Assembly: GCF_000150275.1 (NCBI RefSeq)
Contig: NW_002060947.1
Span: forward strand, 2,159,740 to 2,223,739
Source of the DNA: Trichoplax adhaerens
Taxonomy: Eukaryota > Animalia > Placozoa
Length of the DNA: 64,000 nt
Reading direction: 5' to 3'
In this document: positions 13,312 through 34,400 of the stretch, piece after piece
How the letters are laid out: every line of letters begins with the position of its first letter
How positions within the stretch are numbered: the first letter of the stretch is position 1
The notes under the pieces: model-generated
Databases searched by the model: none
Told to the model about the DNA's origin: nothing
The model's input: the letters and a program-made list of their open reading frames with translations, nothing else
Made by a program: the position numbers and the translations under genes

Positions 13312-14760
13312 CATATTAATGGTTCGTTGGATGATTCGGTAAATTCGCCATTAAGTAAATAACAAGTTTTGAATTAAATTTGAGCTACTGTTCTAACATT
13401 TTATGATTTTTTTGTCTATCGTATTGTAACAATTAAGGCAATAATAACCATGGTGATATCTTTTAATAACTATGAATACATTAAATTATTATATTTAACG
13501 TTAGAACGATTCTTACCACAAAAATAAAAAAAATTAGAATAGAAAACAATGCCTTCATTAAGATAGACCACTAATGCGTCGATTTCTTTGATGCCCAGGG
13601 GCTCGTTTGTCTTCCGTACTGCATGGACAGTATAATAATATTTACCAAGCATTAGTTTGGCTGAATTTATATCGTGTAAGCAGCAAACTAGAGGTCATGT
13701 AATGCGCGAGTACAGTGGGATACTTACTGGATTAATATTTATAATTTATAAATTACATACTTGCATAAGTTACAAAACGTCTTCGCTCAGCCGATGTGTT
13801 AATGCAGGATGCGCGTAAATTTATATAAGTCCATAATTATTGCTCTCGTACGTCAACTTAACACGCTTATGCAGTATTATATGGTTGTCATTCAACTAAT
13901 TATATAATTCTCGTTAACTCTAGTACATAATGTGATATGTACATGCAGTATAAATTGCCAAATATTCCCCATTATAAACAGTGCACAATCGCTTTTATAC
14001 ATACTCTCAGCACGCTTACTAGGAAAAGATCGATCATTCAAATCTACTGAAATTGGTAGACTGCATCCAGATAAGAATTTTTAGGAGGTACCCTGGGCAC
14101 CATCTTATCAGAAAAATCTCTCGGTCTTATTAAAATTTGATGTACTTAAATCGTAAATTAAAAGTATTCAGTTAGAAAATTACTTGAATGTTGCCAGTAA
14201 AAACATCTCAAAATGGAATTTAAATTTATAGAAACCCATGTTAGTGTCTTATCGATTACTAACGTACGTACATTCTTAATTTTGAAAAGATCAACTATAC
14301 AATATATAACCGTGTAATTAAGATCATTACAGGCTATAGGTGTAGCTAGTGGATAAAATAGAGTAGTTAGCATTAAAATATTCACGAATGCTTTAAAAAT
14401 AGTCTAATATCGGGCATTATCTGCAATTTGGAGACATTGCATTTGGACTTGGGCGTGAGTATTGACATCAAAGTACAGTCTTTATTATGAGAAAAAGAAA
14501 CTTCCAGAGCTAACGTTATGGTTTACAGTAATGCTGACGTCATCGCCAACAATTAGCCAAGTTAGAAATCGACACGAATTCAGAAAAAACTAGACTAGAT
14601 GATACAACAACTAGTTAAAATAAACAGAAACTCTAAGATAATGCAATACTTAGTGGTCAACTAACAACGAACGATACAGTTCAGCCGAATTTAGTAATAA
14701 CAAACGTCATTAATACACAATATTTTACGGTATTCATATGTAACGAGCAAGAATAAGCAT

Positions 14761-22458
<7,698 letters not shown>

Positions 22459-23404
22459 CGAGCTTCTTTACAGCGGCTAATAATTGTTACGTGTGGATGG
22501 TTAAGAAATGCAAAGAAAAATAATCATTACATAGTCGGTAGCATAAATAGCGAATCTTTTCATTTCAAATATATAACATTCATCTAGATGCACAGTATTA
22601 CAGTAATAAGGTTGATAAACCTAATATTGGGGAATTATCATTACGTCCGTTGTGATAGAACAACTTTAACATTGTTGGCTGCATAGCTGAGTATGCATTG
22701 CTCGCATTATCAGTATCCAATAAAAGCTACTACTACTATCACACAGGCAAACTTCGATAACTACAGTACTGTAGTACGCTAGTATGGAAGTTAGGCCTTC
22801 GCGACAGAAAGCGAAGATAAATTTCGTAAGGCTACAGTGCTCTCACGACAACATTGTTCTAACTCTGCTGTACATTACTGTACATACCAACGAGTAGCAG
22901 ACTTGTATAGTTGACTTTGATAATTAATCAATTTAGGTGTATTTTTTTCCTATCTTGAATGACAAGTACCTATAAAATGGGGAAAATATCATATAAAATA
23001 AGTTAGACCATGCAAATTCAACAAATTACTGCACTTGACTGGCAAAGTGAGCTAGATTGACTACAGCCTGCCGGTTGTAAATGATTTCTGTGTAATCAGT
23101 CAACAGTCCAATGCCCTACAAGGTGTTTTACCTTTTATACACTAATACTGTATAAAATCTTTATACTAGTAACGTATTTACTTGGACAAGGGTTTAACTA
23201 ACTTATATAATATCTTCAATTTGACGTAGAAGTGAAATTTATACATTGAATTTAAATTTGACTGTCAGTTTACTAGTCATTTGGATTATTATACTGTATC
23301 TATGGACAGACCTATTGTATGAAAGGAGTGGAATGGTACATTGATGATTTAGTGATACCACACCATTCTAATTCTTCACTGAAGTGGAGATAACAACTAT
23401 AAGA

Positions 23405-23835
23405 GGAATCAAGAATGACGATCCTACGACAAAAAGATTGACGTTCATTGAACAGAGTAAAACAGCCCATGAAGAAGATGCCAACTTACCAACGTTTCAA
23501 TGACAACCAAGGAGAAAGCGAGGTCTGCCTGCACAACGCTATGGACGAGTGTTTTTGACTATGTGTGATGTACTTGTCCGTACTTGTCGCTTTGAGCAAA
23601 AATACAGTGTCAAATGAAGTAAGGATAGCAACTACAGTATTAAACGGATCAACAATGACGATCCTACAGCAAAAGATGGACGTTGAAGAATAGACTAGCA
23701 GTCAATAAAGAAACTATTTGCCAACTTACCAACTTTCAAAGACGACCAACGAGAAAGCGAACCTTCTTGCACAATGCTAAGGAGAGTCTTTATGGCTGAC
23801 TATGCTTGCTGTGCTTGTTGGTCCTTGTCGCTTTG
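23405..23835 (-). repeat. Tandem duplication (240 bp period); each copy carries a minus-strand GTAAGT donor; candidate alternative non-coding first exons of SMC1
   Basis: aatgacgatcctac...tgccaacttaccaac...gagaaagcga...gcacaa...cttgtcgctttg occurs at ~23411-23594 and ~23651-23835. Donors G|GTAAGT at 23489 and 23729. Confidence 0.75.
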
Positions 23836-24075
23836 TGTACACTGTAGTAGAGACCGTACTGTCCAGTACCGTACAGTGTACAGTGTACAGTGCTAAAATA
23901 TAGTCGACTGCGCACAGTAATATCTGTAGTGTTTTGGAACTTTTGCTTGCAGTAGAGTGTATGGTATAGCTCTAAATTGACTATACTGTACTGAAGACAG
24001 GGACTACTCGTGCAAACTGCCACTGAGCAAACGCGGTACAGTACTACAGTACAGTCAGTGTACACTGTACACTGG
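23836..24075. promoter_or_regulatory. TAC[AT]GTA/TGTACA motif cluster (candidate promoter of SMC1 and of a plus-strand relic)
   Basis: Dense gtacagtgtacagtgtacag and tacagtactacagtacag motifs, plus AGGGACT at 23999. Confidence 0.55.
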
Positions 24076-24289
24076 AGTAAGTATTTGGCGGGAAAATGAA
24101 CACTAGGTGCTAAAAGCCAATACATTCCAGCCAGCTGAGCTAGATTTCAAAACTAGAAATTTCATAATAGAAAATGGCATCTCCGATGTAATTCACTAAG
24201 ACTCGCAATGGTAGCAATGAAATGACTGTGTAGAGCAGGCCCTACGAATGCTGTATTATTGTTAGCATCACAACCATCGATGTCGTGCA

Positions 24290-24570
24290 TATTGGCATTG
24301 TACAATGTACAATTGTAAATGTCACCGAATCACGATAGTATTGGGACATATTTAGATCCAAACTACAGTAGAACAGGATTAGGCACCCTGTATCGTACTT
24401 CAAGTTAGAAAATATCGTGAAGACTTACCTCAAAGATCATCATAATGTTTCTGTCATGTCTGTTGCAAACTATTACTGCAAATACCTATGATCTTACTTG
24501 TTTAGAAGTTGTGGACAAATCCTGAAGTTAGATGATATGCGAAATCATGCAAATGCATTACCCTTCTTTT
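24290..24570 (+). pseudogene. Possible decayed RING / zinc-finger gene fragment
   Basis: Broken frames give GTYLDPKL, CFCHVCC and CGQILKLDDMRNHA, in RING (...DPK.L.C.H.FC..C) then TRAF/C2HC-finger order, with stops and frameshifts. Confidence 0.3.
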
Positions 24571-25472
24571 ATGTGTTTTCCTATATAGTGGAAAAACTAC
24601 TTCGAATGATCGAACTTTCGTAATAAATAACTGTATTACTATCATTAAATGTAAAATCAGAGTTTTAATCATGACAAAAGCAATGAGATTTACAAATCAC
24701 TCTTACAATGAAAAATTATTTTGTAATTCCAACGCTACTTCTTGTCACAAAGATAAATGTAAGATTATACTAGGTATTATAGAGAAATATTTTAAATATT
24801 ACTTTGGTTTAGCTACATTACAAATTAATCTTACATTGTTCAATTACATGTAATCTCTTTTACTGCTGCACCTGGATGTTGGAAGTTAGGAATATGGATG
24901 CTAGACTTTCGATAAGTAAATTACACGTACAACAAAGCTATCTTAGCCCGTTAACTGGTTATTACACTCGTATTATGTAAGGAGTGGCTAGCTTAACCTG
25001 AGCACAACTCCGGCTATGATTCGTGAAGCAGTAATCATAGCATGATGCTTCAAAATAGAGTTTAATAAGCAATGAATAGCAATACATGATTAAAACATGT
25101 GAGATTAAAAATTTTCAAATTACAATTTGGAATAACAAATCCAGCATTAACAAATATTTTTAGAGGATATCATTATTACCCAAATATCGCTCGCTTTTAT
25201 TTTCATGCTATGCAACAGCATATATCTCGATCGGTATCAGTACGCAGATTTTGCTCATTAACTGATATAAAATAAATTATATTCTAGCCGTTTTATCGAT
25301 CGATCGATCTCGGCAATAAATTGATAACTTGCCTTACATCTGGCACAATAAGTATTCCGACATGAAGGCAATATTCTTATTTGTACTACGATATTAAATT
25401 TTCTACGTACGGTATAATACATCAATAATAAAGTCATAATTCGTTGCCAACCTTTAGTATGTACTCTGTTGA

Positions 25473-27362
25473 TTACATATTTAGAAAATCATATTCACGC
25501 TGAACACGAAGGGTAATGTTAAGTTCTTCTTTTGCTTTATCCCATTGCGCTTTACCATTTTTACTGTCGACTTTGTGTGGAAGATATAAAGCTAATTTAC
25601 TAAAAAGAGATAATATTAGGAAATAGATAATAATTAGCGAGTGTGGTATGCCTTTCTAGGAATGGAATATACTGTAAATGAATAATCCACATTAATATCA
25701 AGTAAGAATAACAATCTATACTAGTATAAGCATTAACTGCTACAAGTTCAATGTATGTCCATAACTCACTATTTTGGGGAACGAAGATCAAGAAAGGTAT
25801 CTGTAACTTGTAGTTCCACATCATTCATAGTAGTTGCTGGGAGTTTAATCTTGATCTTATGTATGAATAATTGAAGAACAAACAAAAAAGGTAAATAATC
25901 GATCATATGTGTAATTCTAGATTAATTTTAGATAAATTAAAAGAGATACCATTAAATTTTCACATGATGCAGTAGATTGATTTTTTTGTCCCATTTGTAA
26001 GTAGACATCCTCGCTTGAGACACTTTGAGAAAATTTTAAGTCATATCTAAATAGTATAAACAAAAGATATAGATGTTACATGAGTATATTAGGAATATTA
26101 ATTAAAGTTTATAAACATATTTTTGCTAAAGCTTGATGAGTCTACTCACTCAGGCTGCTCACGTGGATCCAAGGAATCATCAATGTCTACATCATCAAGA
26201 ACTTCACTATCATCCCAAATATCTTTACTTTTGGTCTTTTCATTGGCCTTTTTTTCATCTAGTCATAGTATCATACAATATAGTGCAAAAAACTTGACTT
26301 TTAATTTCCATTGTAGAGGGTACGAAAACGGATAATATCATTTACAGTAATTATAATGACCAACTAACATCAGGCTAGTTAGTTGTGTTTAAATGATATC
26401 ATGTTTTGCTATGCGGCTGGTGATTAATTACCTTGGTTGTTACTTGTTTTCTTTTTGGGAGGGCCAATATGAGAAGGATTGATGTTATGGCCTGTTGAAG
26501 TTATCTGCAAGTAGTTAAAATCATAATAAGACTGTTATCTTGTCCACTATTCTTTTACTATTACTCATATAGTATTGGTGTATAATAGAATTAAATATAG
26601 AACTATAATTTTGAATGGCATGATTGAAATTATTCTATGGTGTTATAGTGGATATAGAATCATAGTTTTGAACGATATGATTTAAATGAAATTGCTACGT
26701 TACAGCATAGTAGGACTGACTGATTATATTGATTACAATACAGTACTAGTATCGTATTAGACTATCACGTACGCTATCATTACATAAGATAATTTGCCTG
26801 TATTTGATGTTAGCAATGAATTTAAATTGACGAATTTAGCAATATTTCGTCATCTGAGTATTGATACTGTAGGTCAATGCTTTCAAACCTTTTCTTTGCG
26901 CAAGGTTAAAGTAGTAGAATGTTACTGTATTGTTTAGAGTTTTTTTTGGGGGGGGGAAGTCGATAATTGACGTTTATTGAACCCAGAAGCGTAAATTCGT
27001 TAGTATGCTACGGTGGCTAACATTGCTAGCATTTATGCAATCAACGTATAGGTGAACTAGCGGGGCCTAGCGCATACCAACGTATATTAATTCCGTAATT
27101 ATACGCGCTTATCGTATACTGTATTTATGAGTATGAATTAGATTAGTGACAATATCAATATTTTGGATAAATTTGCGTTTACTAACTGTAATTACTGGAT
27201 TTAGTGTTTAGCAATGAATATGTGATGGAATTTTTGAGCCAAATAGTAAAATACTCGTTTACATAAAAGTTGAAAACTTACGTCATCGTCATCTATATCA
27301 TCCTCATTTTTAGGATTCAGGAGGCTATTTAAATGCTGGATATAATTGGCGTTGCTATCCAT
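25473..27362 (-). CDS. DNAAF6: Dynein axonemal assembly factor 6 (PIH1D3/Twister), 6 exons; absent from the ORF track
   Basis: Exons 27362-27282, 26504-26432, 26258-26150, 26046-25950, 25855-25770, 25599-25473. Product MDSNANYIQHLNSLL...PSHIGPP...KDIWDDSEV...DPREQPEYDLKFSQSVSSEDVYLQMGQKNQSTASCENLMIKIKLP...FLDLRSPKYKLALYLPHKVDSKNGKAQWDKAKEELNITLRVQREYDFLNM*. Confidence 0.93.
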
Positions 27363-27689
27363 ATTTCGTATTGGTATTGATTGATCAGACTTGGAGGGTT
27401 TATAGCAGTGAGCACTGGCTTCTACGAGCGGATAACCGGTCGATTGTTGTCGTCTTCTTCTATCCTGTACCCAATCGTCCCGAGCTTGAATTGCAAATAT
27501 GTATAGGCTGTACTACAGCACGAGTATACCCTCTACTTTGCAGTTAGCTATAGTTGTGGTATTAGTAAATTGTCTAGTAGATATTGTAAAATAAGCGAGT
27601 AGTGAATATGGAATTGTTGTTGTAACCAATCTGCAATTCGTTTCGCCAACAATTTCAGTTTAATAACAGTCATGCAGTGTCGATAGGGT

Positions 27690-28100
27690 GCTGTAGTCAC
27701 CATGGTTTCCAGGCGTTCCGCTTTTATGATCTGTACAGTGTACAGTGAGTGTAGCGACACTGCGATCCAGTCAATTAGCTCTGTCCGGACCGGGTGCACG
27801 GTGGTTAGTGACATTATTTTTACTAGCGATTTCCAGTATCTGTGATCATGGACGAGTGTGTAATATGCAATACACTAGCATCTAGCTAAGATATCTAGCA
27901 CACTCGTTCAGTCTCACGCAGAAATAATGTCGCCTATGGAGATAGTCACGTCATTATTTTACCGTTGTACAATGTACTGTACATACTGTAGAATGTACCG
28001 TATGGACACTGTACAGTACAGTACTGTACTGTACACTGTAGAAGCAGGGACTTCAAAGGGGAAGTACTGTACTGTACGTATTGGGTGCCGAAATCGCAAA
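27690..28100. promoter_or_regulatory. Divergent promoter between DNAAF6 and the LMO7-like gene, with a TAC[AT]GTA cluster and a partial X-box
   Basis: Head-to-head ATGs at 27362 and 28413. Motif runs at 27732-27747 and 27965-28080. AGGGACT at 28046. GTCACCATGGTTTC at 27696-27709. Confidence 0.6.
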
Positions 28101-28412
28101 AGGTGCACACGACGCCCAAAAGTTTTTAACTTCAAAATAAATAACATGGCCCGTTAATATGCAATTGCCAACTGTGGATTTTTCAAAACATGTTTGCTGT
28201 AGTTTACTTCATTGAATTTTAATTATACCACTGGTATTTCCACTATCCTATAGACTATCGATTGGCCTGGGATTGTAGTCCCTAAATTTTTTTGTGGAGG
28301 GTTGGTATTTCTTTACATTGAAGCGTACACGTACTTGATTGTCTGACGTGTTGAAGTAGCGACAGTTAATTGGACTGACTGGAGTAGAGTGGATCGAACG
28401 ACAACATTGAAA

Positions 28413-31400
28413 ATGCCGCAATCCAATTTCAATGTCAAATATTCCTTGCAACCATCGATTACAGTAGTCAAGAGATGGATCGAGGTAAGAATGTTTGTTA
28501 GGATACCTTATGACCATAGCGATCTTGCTATTAAGCCATAAAATGCGAATAGAAATAAAGGCGATGGAAAGTATCCACTAGTAATAGTTCAAAGTAGTCG
28601 TTTTCATTTTCGTCACTGCCTTTTTACAACGGCTTCCTTTGAAAATGTCCTACCATTGCTCCTTTGCCAAAAATAGCGTGAAACTTCCTATCTGACGCAT
28701 AGTCTTCAAGTCAATGACCATGTTATGATTACATCTAATGTGAATGGACGATGGACTACGGTAGATGAGTAAAAGTAAAAGCTGATTTCATTGGCATAAT
28801 TTGCTTTAGTTTAATGTCTGAACGAGAAGCAATCCCCCTTTCTTTAGTTCATGTTCGATCAGTTTTCGTGGTGAATTGCTTCTACTTAGAATTATCAAAT
28901 GGGATTGAATTGAACGACATTTAGACTCAATTATCCGTGATGGTAGTCTATCGACTCTGTCAATATGTACATTGAGGCATTATCCACATGTAATGGCTGC
29001 ACAACATGACTTGAATAACGTTGGTCAAAGAACATCCGTTCCAAAAATACGCTTGATCCTTCTTGCAAGCATCCGATAGCCATATTGCAAGCAAGTCCAG
29101 CATATTATCCCCTTTGAAATTCAATGTTATTTCTATAGTAATACTAATTTTGTAGCTGCGTTCAATGGTTGCTTAACTTACTCACTGTGCGACAAAAGGA
29201 AGTTATACGATGTACTAGACTGAGCACCTTGACGTACATTCCATTGGGCGACACTACTAACCTACTTTGCAAGAAACTGCAGTAAACGGCTTGACGTGGA
29301 AATATTTTCCGCTGTTACTTTCAGCATTTCCTTAAATTGACTTACTCAATAAGCAACGCTACTCAAAAGAGGACTATCTAAGCTATTAGTGAAAGTACAT
29401 TGCAAGAAACTGCAGTAAACACCTTGATGTCGAAAGATTTTTTCCGCTACTACATTTAATACAGTATACGTGTACGTATGTCCTAACCTTAAATTGACTA
29501 CTCAAGGGCGACACTGCTAAGAGGACTTTCTACATTTAGTGAATATATGTTGCAGGAAACTGCAGTAAACGCCTTGGCGTTGAAAGATTTTTTTTTTCAT
29601 CTGCTACATTCAATACGTGCATTTCTTTATATACTGTAAATTGACCTACTCGATCGGCTACAATGTTAAGAGGACTTTCTATATTAGTGAATGTGCTTTG
29701 CAAGAAACTACAGTAAACATACGCGTATTATGCCTTGGCTATCAAAATTTTTCCTTTAATTTATTATATAATATTATTTTACAATTGCCATCAATAATTG
29801 ACTTACACAATGAACGACAACGCTAAGAGGACTTTCTACACCAGTGCACAAACTTTGCAAGAAACTGCAGTTAACACCTTAGCGTTGAAAGATTTTTCCG
29901 TTATGCATTCAACATTTCCTGGAATTAACTTAATCAATAGGCGACAATGCTAAAGGGACCTTCTACATTAGAGAGTGTATTTTGTAAGAAACCCCAGTAA
30001 ACATATTACGCCTTGGCGTTTAAAGTTTTTCCGCTAATTATCTTGTAACTGCATTTCCTATTTACTCAATTAGGTTAATTTGGGGCAAAACTTGTAGGAT
30101 ATTTTAGATTAGTATCCCTTGCAAGCAACTGCAATAGTAAACTTTCACATCCGTTTCCAAGCTTTTTAGCTATTGCTTGATTTTATACGTACTGCGCTCA
30201 ATATTTCCTTAAATACCCTTGCTAACGTGTCATAGCTTGTGTAAAGTATTTACTGGGAATGTTATGATTACAAAATAGTTTATCCTTAAATAATTTGCCC
30301 CACAAGTGCTGATGAAAGTGGCGTAGACTTTACGCGCCTGTTGAAAATGTTATTGGTATTAAATTAGAAGCAACTGTTTGATAGATCAAGTACTGTAAAT
30401 GGTATCCCAAAATACGTATCGCACAACTCTTGTACGATGATGATACATATACTGTAATGCTGTACAATTGTGCTGGTCTTGCCAGTAAAAGCATTGGATA
30501 TCGACCACACTAGACCTCGGATCTTGTAGTTAATTGAAATAAACTAAGAGAAAAAGTATATCAATACTTTGATTGTAGAATGTACAACGAATAAATTAAA
30601 AAAGTTCATTTCACTTTATTAAGCCAAGAGAAGATGTTGTTAATCATTTTTTTGATAGGTTGAAAAGTATAGTGCAGTATCTCTTTCAGCGAAGCAACCG
30701 GATATTGAGCTAGCAAAAACACTATTTTAATTACATTACTTGGTAAACTGGAATGGCGCTTTACTCGTACATACTTACAGTAAACATTGTGTTCTATTTC
30801 AGCTATAGCACAGCGGTTAATGTTGACTTACGCGTAGGATTGATTGATAGAATACGCTTGAATAAAAGGAGCTACTTAGAATCTTCCTTGTCAATTCGAA
30901 CTACAGTAGATGAGTATCAGAGATGACTTCTACGGTAGTACGATATTTTGCGATTACTAGTTTTGTAAACGTATTACTTTTAATTCTGATTTAAAGTAAA
31001 ATTAGAGAGTATTACATCCGACGGGCGATCTAGTAAACACCGAAATGTTGTAGTGCTAGTTATTGTCGCGTGGTATAGTATTTGTCGACAGTATTTTATA
31101 GTTCTGTATATTTCTTCTCGCAATTACTGTATCTTAATTGTAAAACGATCATATGTTGTTATGCCATGCTATACAGCATGTTATACTTTATACGATATCT
31201 TTACAAGGCAATACTGTACTAACATCACAGTGGTTACGTTGTCATTTAACGGCATATCTTGCGACTTGGACCCAATAAAGATTGAAGTATAGCCCTCAAC
31301 CGGAAAATATCTATTTGTCCGTCTTATCTTTGTCTTTTCGTTTTACTTGTAAATTATCCACCGTAATCCATGTTGTCATTTGTTTACGGCATATCTTGGG

Positions 31401-34400
31401 ATTTGGACCCAGTTAATAATTACGGGTATAATAGTTCGGATTCGAGCCGTCTATGGGAAAATATCTTTCATCCATTACTATATTTTTATCCTTACATTTG
31501 ACACATACTTTCTATCGTATCCAGTCGTACTGTACAGTATACGTACGCAAAAAGATAACTGACTTTGGTAGAGTATTTCAAGTTATTAAAAAGCATTGGA
31601 TGCAATAATTGAATGCGGTAGAAAATTGAACAATGCGGTCTATCAGCTATCCATTAACATAACGCACTAATTGATAATAAAGAGTAAATTACCATTTGCA
31701 ATTTAATCCAATTAAATTTAAATAATTAATGTAAAATTAACCGTACTCTGCTTGCATCTGCCTGCGTGATGTCGTACTCGTAGAGTTAAAAGGAACTCTA
31801 TGATCGTACTTGAGTTTAGAGCTGAAAGTACGGTAGCTTCATCATTCAATTTAAAAATAGACTTGCTTTAAGTACATTACGTTTGGATAGCGCTATTTTT
31901 ATTATAATTTTAATTGGAACCGTAATGTTATAAACTATATCGCAATGTAGAGTATAATGTTATTCTAATAGTATAATTATTAACTTTAATCCTGAAGTAA
32001 GACAATTAAAGAATTAATAAGTTGTTTTTTTTGGCTGGATTGTAGGAGGCAACGCTAAGAGATATTCCTGACAATAAGATTATGCAACTATTACAAGATG
32101 GTATCTTATTGTGCGAGTATGTTCATATACGTATTTACTGCCCTAATAATAAGATGATTCTTCTACATTGTTGTTGTAAAGGATTATGTTCATAAAGTGT
32201 ACTATGCGTATCAGGTAGTAGTCTTGATATCCGCGTTTAACTTTCTTATAGATTGTTATGTCACATTAAACCGGGCTTAATTACAAGACTGAATACAGAT
32301 GGTACTGAGGAAGCTTGGCTGGTAAGCATCGCTACTAATTTACTTTTATTGTATCTAACTCCTTGAAAGAATAGACTACTTCTTGATTTAACTTTCGCTC
32401 ATTTTGTTACATCAAGCTTCAGTACAAAGTTAAATAATCGCAATAATGAAATATAGAATAACAGATTTGACTTTCAGACCTATATTACTACATTCATTTC
32501 CTTAGAGTTATCATTGAGACATTAACAATATCGCTATTTAAGCATAATCAGTAACTGGAGAAGAAGAATGCCGCTGTTATAGCGCCTCTTAGTCATCTAA
32601 CGATCCAACATACGTATTCATAATTGCTATCTTAAGCAATATATTAACCTGTTGCTACTATTGAAAAGCGATTGGTGTATTCATTAGTAGATATGCTATA
32701 ACGGGCAATGCCTAAGACTGTAGTTGATACAGTCATTGCTGACAGACATCTTAAAAACCTTTGCAGCAACCCTTATGGACAACTGAGTTGCCTATCTAGA
32801 ATATCGTTATCGTACAACTAGTACTCTACATACTGTACCGAGTGACTAATTTACTTCATTCGGAGTTCCTGTATCTTATTTTAGAGTACTGAACATAGAT
32901 AATTGATTTGCCGCCTATATTTTTAATATGTCGCTACAATAGTCTTACTACATACATAGAAGAGTTACAAGTTTGGCATCCGTTATTAGAGTTACTATAA
33001 TTATAGTTAAAGAACCAACAATATCAGTATTATAATAGGCTTTACCTTTTATTAACTGTATATTTGGTTATATAATAAAGTAACAACCACAGCACGGCTG
33101 ATCGATGTTTTATTGTTAAATTTTACACAGGAGAATGTACAAAATTTCTTAAATGGGTGCCAGCGTTTAGGTCTAGAGTCATGGCAATTGTTCTCTTCTC
33201 AGGAGATTGTACAGTTGGCAGAGAACGAAGAATATAAGTAAGTTATGCGGTGTATTAGTTACTTGTATTGCATTTCAATCTTTTCAATCTAAAGTGTAAA
33301 ATTATTTTTTGATTACTGCAGCTTCTACGATGATAAGGCTATCATTAGACTTAAACATGTGAGTATCGTAGACGAAGATTAATTTAATTGTTTAAAATAT
33401 TTATCATATTCTATCAATGTAGCTGCTGGTCTATCCTGTTATGACCTAAAGCTGTTGCTCTTATCTCTAATTTATCTTTTGTTGTAGTAGTGTAAATTTA
33501 CAATGATAACTACGCAAGATTTTATTAATTGTAAAATACTCTTGCAGTTTCTTTCTACAATTTATTACCTTGGATTGAACGCTAATCAACAAAGAGATTT
33601 TACCGGACCATACTTAGATCTAGCTGTTATGAAAGATATAATAATTGATAATGATTCGGTGGTAAGGAGCTAGATGCATGCTTTAATTCTAAACATTTTT
33701 AGCTTTCTAGTACCTTCGTTGTCCTTAGCATTTAATTAAATACTTGTTAGTAAAATTTGATCAATTTATTTACGATATGTAAGTGAAGTACTACATATAT
33801 TTTCGTCCCGCTAACCAGAGTGTTTATCGTATATATGGTTAATTAGACTTATTATGTTTGTAGGATGCCAAGTCAAAATTTAACAGTCCGGAAACGCCTG
33901 ACCGTCAATACAATAACAGTTACAGTAAAAAAATTAATGGCCAGCAGCATCAATCACTAAATGGATTGCCTTATTATCAGAGTGCTGTGTCGCCAACACA
34001 TCCACCATCACATGTTAGTTGATATCCTACAATTATATTCAGCCTGATGGCATGTATTATTTGATAAACAAATATTAATTTTAACTCTGACTTTTCAAAT
34101 TCGCATAAAATAAAATAGACGAATGGGTATGCAAAATTTTCATCGGAAGAACGTCATGATGACTTAATTGTCTTAAAGCTAAGAGGTATACCTCATGACA
34201 AAGATCATTTTGGATTTACAGTTTCAGAAGAATACACCATCGCGGGACGTGCGTTACTGATAGACAGTGTCAGTTTAGGTAATGCTGTGTATTCATCATT
34301 TATATCCGTTCGTGTTGAATCGGTCTTGCATATCGCTTGAATTTGTCGTGAGCAATATAAGGGCTTACGTTTAAAATTCATCATTTGCTATGTGTCTCAG

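Noticed and set aside
13720-13735. U1 snRNA-like ATACTTACTGG
   Set aside because: Imperfect match, with no downstream U1 stem-loops or Sm site.
28248-28517. 89-aa minus-strand ORF
   Set aside because: It overlaps the LMO7-like first exon and 5'UTR antisense, with no convincing protein features.
29245-30140. CRISPR-like repeat-spacer array
   Set aside because: The units are degenerate along their whole length, the 'spacers' are homologous to each other, the context is eukaryotic and no cas genes are present.
31238-31470. Short ~130-bp-period duplication (gttgtcattt...acggcatatcttg...tggaccca)
   Set aside because: Real but only two diverged intronic copies, with no coding or structural signal I could support.
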